Assembly: GCA_963724765.1 (NCBI GenBank)
Contig: CAVRVY010000001.1
Coordinates: 1,088,001-1,152,000 of the forward strand
DNA length: 64,000 nt
Origin: an uncultured delta proteobacterium
GTDB taxonomy: Bacteria > Desulfobacterota > Binatia > Binatales > Binataceae
Reading direction: 5' to 3'
Under the pieces are notes generated by a model that searched no databases, had not been told where the DNA came from, and saw nothing but the letters and a program-made list of their open reading frames with translations. Position numbers and translations under genes: made by a program. This document shows, piece after piece, positions 58,190 through 64,000 of this stretch (position 1 is its first letter; each line of letters begins with the position of its first letter).

Positions 58190-60958
58190 TTACCATGGTG
58201 CGCTCGAGGCCGGGCACTTGAACGTTCTCGCCGATTTGCAGTCCACTCCCCACAGCCGCACCAGGCCGCGATTGAGGTCGTGCTGTCCGGCAGGGGTCGT
58301 AAGCGCGCGGTTTGCGCCTTCGAAGCGAAGATCGAAGGCCGGAGCCGCCGCGGTTCCCGTGTTGAACAGCTCGAACACCGTGGCCTGCGAGTTGTTGCCG
58401 ATCAGGTTGCCGATGGGGAAATTCCCGAGATTGGCGGTGGTGCACAGCCCTGACGGACTAGAGGGCTGATCACCCACCGAGTACCCAACCAGTACCGGGT
58501 CTGCCGCGCTTCCGAGCAGATCCATCCGCCCGTAATGGAAAGTGATATAGCCGCTGCCGTCAGGGCGGGTAACTTTGCCGACAAGCCCTTTGAAGCGCAG
58601 GTCGGTCGGTCCCTCCTGGAGATCGAAAGGCACCACGTTGTTGCCGATCGGATTGCCCGCATTAAGGGTCTGCGTCGCGTTTTCATCCACTCCAGTACCG
58701 TCGTCATAGAGCGATACCGAAAACGTGTTGCTCGACCCGCAGGCCTCTTTGCCGGCCTGCGGCACGTCGATCCAGCGGAAGATGAAATGGTTGATGTTGG
58801 CGAATCCCATCGCCTGCACCGGAAACGTGTTGTTGAACGATGAGCGGCTGGCAGTATTGAGCGCCGTCCAGGCGGGCGCAATCATCGGCACACCCGACAG
58901 GAACGAGCCCGTTGCGGGCGAACTGCTGCTGTTACCGTTGCCGAAGCTCACGTTGCCGTTGGAATTCAGGAAGAATGTATTCCATGGCGAGGTACAGACT
59001 GCGGCTTGAACGCCGCCATAGACGAATTCGAAACCGCCGGCGAGCGGATCTGTGATCGCTGGGTCATTGGGGCCCGAGAAACCGTCGGAGTCGTCCCCCT
59101 TGAACGGATAATTCTGATCGTCGCCGCCCGCTACCTGATGGCTGGGATCGAAGTGCTCCCAGTACTCGGCACCACTGGAACTATTGGCCGCTTGCGTCGA
59201 TCCATTGGGCAGCTCCGGCGTATTGTCATCGGTGCGAGTGCGGTTGAGGTAGAGCAGGAAACCGTGTGACAGGCCTGCGATTCCGGTCGGAGTGTTGGTC
59301 ACCGGATCGAGGGGTGCCTGCCAATAGATGTAGTCGAAACGATTCGCAACGCCATTGCCTTTATTGCCGCCGCTCGAGCCGCTGTTAGGTGGGTTATTGC
59401 CGCGCAGATCCATATAGTCGGCGCGCAGGTTGTAAGGCCGGTCGTCGGGGAAGACCAGAATCTCGCCCAGGGTCGGCGAAGGATTGGTGCCCGCTCCGGC
59501 CGGCGTGCCGCCCGAAATGACGTAGACCTTGCCCTCCTGGTCGACGGTGACTCCCGAGTAGGTCGTGTAGTCGACCTGGAAACCGACCTTCTGCGTGCTG
59601 GCAGTGCTGCCAAAAATTGGCCCGCCGTCGCGCCGGTCAGGTCCCGTTCCGAGAACGAAGGCGCAGAAATTGTTGACGCCTGGCACCAACGGCACTCCCT
59701 TAATCGCATTGTCGGCGAAACCGTCGGCCACCGGAACCACGCCCGCGCAACCGTCGAGCGCGCCGCTATTGTCGGTGAAAGTGATGATCATCGAGGGCGT
59801 TGGGCCGAGCGCCGGCGAATTTTCGAACGGGCCGGAGTTCGCGGCTGCTCCCTTTGAAGCCGAGACCGCCGCATACACGACATTGTTGGGGCCGGTCGCG
59901 ATCGCCGCGATATTACCGAAGAAGGCTGATGTGCCTGAATAATTGGTGGCGGTGCTATGTTGCGATGCTGGTCCGCTTGCGGTGCCATACGCGCCATTGG
60001 CAGGATTCAGCGTGGAGATATTGGGGAGAAAGCTGCTGGTAGCCAGCGATCGCGTCTGGTTTGTACCGTCGGGCGTGATCTTCACGATATTCCCGCCGGT
60101 CAAACCGATCAGATCGGCCTGGTGAAAGTACAACGCTCCGCTATCGTCCACGGCAATTCCGCCTGGGTTCTGAAATGCCGAAAATAGGATTCCGAACGGT
60201 CCCCCAACCTGCACCGGAAAGCCACTGGGACTCGAGATGTTCGGACCGGTGCCCGAACTGATGTCCGCGACCGGAAAAGCCAGCACGCCGCTCCGTGCGA
60301 GCTGGTTGTTCTGAACCAGGCGGAAGCCGCCGCCATTGTCGGTGAAGCTCACGTACAAAATCTCACCGGTGAGCCCGTTAAACGACGAGAAGCCGCCATT
60401 GACGTTTGCAAATGAACTCAAATCGGCGACCGGCTCTACGGCCAGACCCGTAATCGCGATCTGATCATTGCTCTGCAGGGAACCGAAGGCATTGGTCAGC
60501 AGTGTCGGCAGGTTCATCGTGAACTTGTTGGGTGTCGGCGGCGACTGTTGCACATTGTTCGTCGCGGCGACGGTGACGTTGCCGAGCGAGTCTCCGTAAT
60601 AGAGGACGTCTTCGGTAAAGCCGTTGGCAATCGTATGCTCGGAAATTGCCACCCTGGTTAGAACCTGCGAACTACTGGTAAAGCTGTTCGCGAGGTCGTC
60701 GACGAGGCCGGAATGATCGGCGACGTTGTCTTCGCTGCCATCCCAGTCGCCCAAAAGATCGACCTCCGCCAGCGAGCTGCCTCGGCCGCCAACGTTGGTC
60801 GCGACCGCCGCCGACAGCGCTGCGCTGGCCGACATAATGTTAGGGATGCCGGCAGCTTTGATACCACTGGTTGTCGCCGCTGGATGAGGCCGCGCCAACA
60901 TTGCGGACAGGCCCAACGCCACCACTAATCCTGCAAACACCAGTTTTTTCGTCCTCAT
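58190..60958 (-). CDS. Large secreted beta-rich protein (propeller-like repeats, C-terminal NIDO-like region)
   Basis: Signal peptide; GGIAVDDSGALYF, GVTVDQEGKVYV and FLNSNGNVSFG..IAPAW. Confidence 0.7.
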   Translation of the reverse strand: MRTKKLVFAGLVVALGLSAMLARPHPAATTSGIKAAGIPNIMSASAALSAAVATNVGGRGSSLAEVDLLGDWDGSEDNVADHSGLVDDLANSFTSSSQVLTRVAISEHTIANGFTEDVLYYGDSLGNVTVAATNNVQQSPPTPNKFTMNLPTLLTNAFGSLQSNDQIAITGLAVEPVADLSSFANVNGGFSSFNGLTGEILYVSFTDNGGGFRLVQNNQLARSGVLAFPVADISSGTGPNISSPSGFPVQVGGPFGILFSAFQNPGGIAVDDSGALYFHQADLIGLTGGNIVKITPDGTNQTRSLATSSFLPNISTLNPANGAYGTASGPASQHSTATNYSGTSAFFGNIAAIATGPNNVVYAAVSASKGAAANSGPFENSPALGPTPSMIITFTDNSGALDGCAGVVPVADGFADNAIKGVPLVPGVNNFCAFVLGTGPDRRDGGPIFGSTASTQKVGFQVDYTTYSGVTVDQEGKVYVISGGTPAGAGTNPSPTLGEILVFPDDRPYNLRADYMDLRGNNPPNSGSSGGNKGNGVANRFDYIYWQAPLDPVTNTPTGIAGLSHGFLLYLNRTRTDDNTPELPNGSTQAANSSSGAEYWEHFDPSHQVAGGDDQNYPFKGDDSDGFSGPNDPAITDPLAGGFEFVYGGVQAAVCTSPWNTFFLNSNGNVSFGNGNSSSSPATGSFLSGVPMIAPAWTALNTASRSSFNNTFPVQAMGFANINHFIFRWIDVPQAGKEACGSSNTFSVSLYDDGTGVDENATQTLNAGNPIGNNVVPFDLQEGPTDLRFKGLVGKVTRPDGSGYITFHYGRMDLLGSAADPVLVGYSVGDQPSSPSGLCTTANLGNFPIGNLIGNNSQATVFELFNTGTAAAPAFDLRFEGANRALTTPAGQHDLNRGLVRLWGVDCKSARTFKCPASSAPW

Positions 60959-61423
60959 TTCGCCCCCCTTCAAATAGAGTTAGGGATTCTGGTCGCTAAT
61001 GCTGCGATACCCTTAAGATCTGCTATGGCTTTTAGCTCTCAAGCAGTCTCCGATAGACACCTATTTTCATGTGACGCAGGCACAATAATTGTCAAACCAT
61101 CATAGAGTCAATCAGGAATGCTATTCACTTATATACACACAACTAAATGGCGAGAATCAGCAGTAAGTTTAAACTGATCTTTATTATCTTATTGCAATCA
61201 CTAACCATCTTAATTGTCTGTGGCCGCTGATCTGCTGCTGGCCTTAGGTGTGAAAGAAACTCAACTTGAACGCCTCAAACGCTTAGTGTCACAGTCGCAC
61301 TCGCCTGCGGTGATAACAGGTAATCGCTGGTCGCTGAGCGTTGGAATGCCCGAGCATTCGGGCGAGAAAAATTAACTTGAACATTTGAAGGTCCCCGTGC
61401 CACTGTTGGCGCGGGAAGCCTTG

Positions 61424-62434
61424 ATGAAAATCGTCAGCACCGTCGGCCTGAGGCCCCCTCAGCGCGCGCTCCTCGAAAAGGCCGTGCCCGGCGCTGAAAT
61501 CGTCGATCGTCAGTGTCGCACTATCGAAGAGATGGCGGAGCTGGTGGGCTCCGCCATCGGATGCGACGTGCTCTTCACCTTCCGGGTGCCGCCCGAGACG
61601 ATGCGAATTGCGCCGGGGCTCAAATGGATTCAGCTCCTGAGCGCGGGCGCCGATCACGCGCTCAAAGGCCAGGTTGGCGCCGGCGTCGCGATGACTACCT
61701 CCAGCGGAATCCATGCGGCGACGATGGCCGAGTACACGATAGCTTCGATGCTGGCGTTTGCGCACAAGCTGCACTTGCTCATCCGTGCGCAGATGAATCG
61801 CGAATGGCGGCGTTCGGGCGACTTCATGTCGATGGTCGACGCGATGCGCGGCCATACGCTGGGCGTGATCGGCTACGGCTCGATCGGGCGCGAGACGGCG
61901 CGGCTGGGGCGGGCGCTTGGGATGCGAATGATCGCGCTCAAACGCAATCCGGCCGCACACCGCGATGAAGGATGGATGCCGGCGGGGCTCGGCGATCCCG
62001 ACGGCAGCATCCCCGAGCGCTTCTTCGGCCCCGGCGAGCGCGTGGAGATGCTCGGCGAGTGCGATTACGTCACGGTCACGCTGCCGCTCACGGAGGCGAC
62101 CCGCGGATTTATCGGCGAGCGTGAGCTCGGCGCGATGAGACCGCACGCCTACCTGGTCAACGTCGGACGCGGCGAAGTCGTCGACCAGGGCGCGCTGATC
62201 GAGGCGCTGCGCGCGGGCCGTATCGGCGGAGCCGGTCTCGACGTCTTCGAGCGCGAACCGCTGGAGGCGGAGAGTCCGCTGTGGACGATGGAGAACACGA
62301 TCCTGACGCCTCACATGTCGGGCGCTTTCAGGGGCTACGTCGAAACCTGTTGCGAGCTTTTCGCCGACAACCTGCGGCGCTTCGCCGCCGGCCAGCCGCT
62401 GCTCAACCAGGTCGACCCGGCGCTCGGCTACTGA
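61424..62434 (+). CDS. D-2-hydroxyacid dehydrogenase
   Basis: GYGSIG, LPLT..T, NVGRG, LDVFE.EPL and TPH motifs. Confidence 0.93.
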   Translation: MKIVSTVGLRPPQRALLEKAVPGAEIVDRQCRTIEEMAELVGSAIGCDVLFTFRVPPETMRIAPGLKWIQLLSAGADHALKGQVGAGVAMTTSSGIHAATMAEYTIASMLAFAHKLHLLIRAQMNREWRRSGDFMSMVDAMRGHTLGVIGYGSIGRETARLGRALGMRMIALKRNPAAHRDEGWMPAGLGDPDGSIPERFFGPGERVEMLGECDYVTVTLPLTEATRGFIGERELGAMRPHAYLVNVGRGEVVDQGALIEALRAGRIGGAGLDVFEREPLEAESPLWTMENTILTPHMSGAFRGYVETCCELFADNLRRFAAGQPLLNQVDPALGY

Positions 62435-62543
62435 CCGCGGGCGTCCGCTCTCTTACACTCGCGCTGGCAGTGCACCGCTCGTGCCGGGGACGCCTTGTTC
62501 GCTCCGGCGGCGCCTCTTATGCTGCCTGATTGGCGGTGGCGCA

Positions 62544-63371
62544 ATGGGCGACTGGGATCCCGATCTTTATCACAGGTTTCGTCGTTATCGCTCCGAGCCC
62601 TTCGCGGCGATTGTGGCGAGGCTCGAGCCTGACCGCTATGTGCGGCGGATCGTCGATCTCGGCTGCGGCACCGGCGAGAACACGGCGGAACTCGCGCGCC
62701 GCTTTGCCGGCTGCACGGTGGTCGGGATGGACTCGTCGCCGGCGATGATCGATCGCGCGCTCAAACTGCGCGAGGGCCTGGAGCCGGCGCTGCGCGAACG
62801 GCTGAGCTTTGTCCTTGGCGATATCCGCGAATTCAACGGACCGCGCAAATCTTCTGACGAGCCCTCGCGTGGATACTCGATGATTTTCTCCAACGCCGCG
62901 TTGCAGTGGCTCATTGAACATCGTGAAATCTTCACGCGTTGCTTCGAGGCGCTGGCGTCCGGCGGGCGGCTGGTGGTGCAGATGCCCGCCAACGATCACG
63001 AGACCGCGCAGGTCACGCTCGACGCGCTGGCGCACGAGGAGCCGTGGCGCGCAGCTCTGGCCGGCGTCAGACCGCCCTCCGCCACGGTCGCCGCGCCCGA
63101 GGTTTACGATCGGATGCTCGGCGCAATCGGTTTCACCGGCATCGATTGCTACTACCATACGTTTCATCACCCGATGGGCTCGCCCGCCGAGATCGTCGAA
63201 TGGTGCCGCGCAACCGTGTTGCGCCGTTACGTGGACTTGCTCGAGCCCGCGGCGCGCGAGCCTTTCGTCGAGGCTCTAACCGAGCGCCTGGAGACCGCCT
63301 ACGGCACGCGAGGGCCTTTGACCTTCAACTTTCGCCGGCTTTTTATTTGGGCGCTGCGCCCGGCCAACTGA
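62544..63371 (+). CDS. tam: Trans-aconitate 2-methyltransferase-like SAM methyltransferase
   Basis: WDPDLY..F, DLGCGTG, SNAALQW, VQMP and FRRLF motifs. Confidence 0.85.
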   Translation: MGDWDPDLYHRFRRYRSEPFAAIVARLEPDRYVRRIVDLGCGTGENTAELARRFAGCTVVGMDSSPAMIDRALKLREGLEPALRERLSFVLGDIREFNGPRKSSDEPSRGYSMIFSNAALQWLIEHREIFTRCFEALASGGRLVVQMPANDHETAQVTLDALAHEEPWRAALAGVRPPSATVAAPEVYDRMLGAIGFTGIDCYYHTFHHPMGSPAEIVEWCRATVLRRYVDLLEPAAREPFVEALTERLETAYGTRGPLTFNFRRLFIWALRPAN

Positions 63372-63372
63372 G

Positions 63373-64000
63373 GTGGAACACGCGCGCATAACTCCGGCCA
63401 AAGCGCCAGCCAGAGCTGCAGCATTGATCGCGCATGGCGGCGCGGGCGGCCGCGGTCCGGCCACAGAGCGGCCGGAGCGCCGGCGCGGGATGCTGGCCGC
63501 GGTGGCTGCCGGCGCGGAAGTCCTGCGCGCCGGCGGCAGCGCGCTCGACGCGGTCGTCGCCACGGTGCTCGCCCTGGAGGACCATCCGCTGTTCAACGCT
63601 GGCGTGGGCTCGCTGCTGACGGTCGAGGGAACGGTGGAGATGGACGCGTCGGTAATGGTTGCCCTGCCGCCGCCGCCGATGCCGCGCCGCGGCGCGGCAT
63701 CGGCGGCGGCAGCCGGCGCTCGCGCCGCGACCCTCGGACCGCTCCCGCGCGCAATATTGCGCGCCGGTGCGGTCGCCGGAATCACGCGCGTGCGCAATCC
63801 GATCCTGCTCGCGCGCGCGGTGATGGAGCTTACGCCGCACGTGCTGATGGCGGGTGCGGGCGCCGAGCGCCTCGCGCGCCGCGCCGGAATCGCGCTCTGC
63901 CGCCCCGCCGACCTGATAACGTTGCGCGCGCGCGAGCGCTGGCGCGCTGCGATCGAGCGCCGCGCCGAAGCTGCCGGGACCGCCGCCGCAGGCGGCGGTC
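63373..64000 (+). CDS. Isoaspartyl peptidase/L-asparaginase (Ntn hydrolase), 3' end outside the window
   Basis: IAHGGAG, SALDAV..LEDHPLFNAG.GS, EMDAS and VRNPI.LAR motifs. Confidence 0.92.
   Translation, partial: MEHARITPAKAPARAAALIAHGGAGGRGPATERPERRRGMLAAVAAGAEVLRAGGSALDAVVATVLALEDHPLFNAGVGSLLTVEGTVEMDASVMVALPPPPMPRRGAASAAAAGARAATLGPLPRAILRAGAVAGITRVRNPILLARAVMELTPHVLMAGAGAERLARRAGIALCRPADLITLRARERWRAAIERRAEAAGTAAAGGG

Noticed and set aside
58157-61304. 10-bp TCGCACTCGC on both sides of the large secreted protein gene as a target duplication
   Set aside because: Too short to distinguish from chance.

Overview
High-GC bacterial chromosomal window. Gene content and style suggest a Deltaproteobacteria-related lineage such as Ca. 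Binatota (inference only). The housekeeping backbone includes rpsF-(priB/ssb-like)-rpsR-DUF2232-rplI, glgC, lpxL, algC-manC, tRNA-Cys and mfd-surA-pdxA-uvrA. Accessory modules include: an ECF sigma/anti-sigma-controlled bufferin-type RiPP locus (Cys-rich precursor plus DUF692/MNIO, with no visible DUF2063 partner); a Tat-exported PaoABC-like molybdoenzyme with a small Cys-rich fourth gene; a type III PKS/ICMT pair; hicBA; a nitroalkane-oxidase-like flavoprotein; a divergent Ecm-like B12 mutase; a second ECF/anti-sigma/DUF3106 operon; a diiron plus SCP2-like pair; a frameshifted PadR-HlyD-ABC operon; and several lower-GC islets. The most striking structure not explained by the genes is that integrase-free cargo genes are bracketed by 34-43 bp diverged copies of the 3' ends of neighbouring core genes, including a chimeric junction at 25030-25095. 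Both ECF loci also show pairs of divergent promoters sharing one motif.
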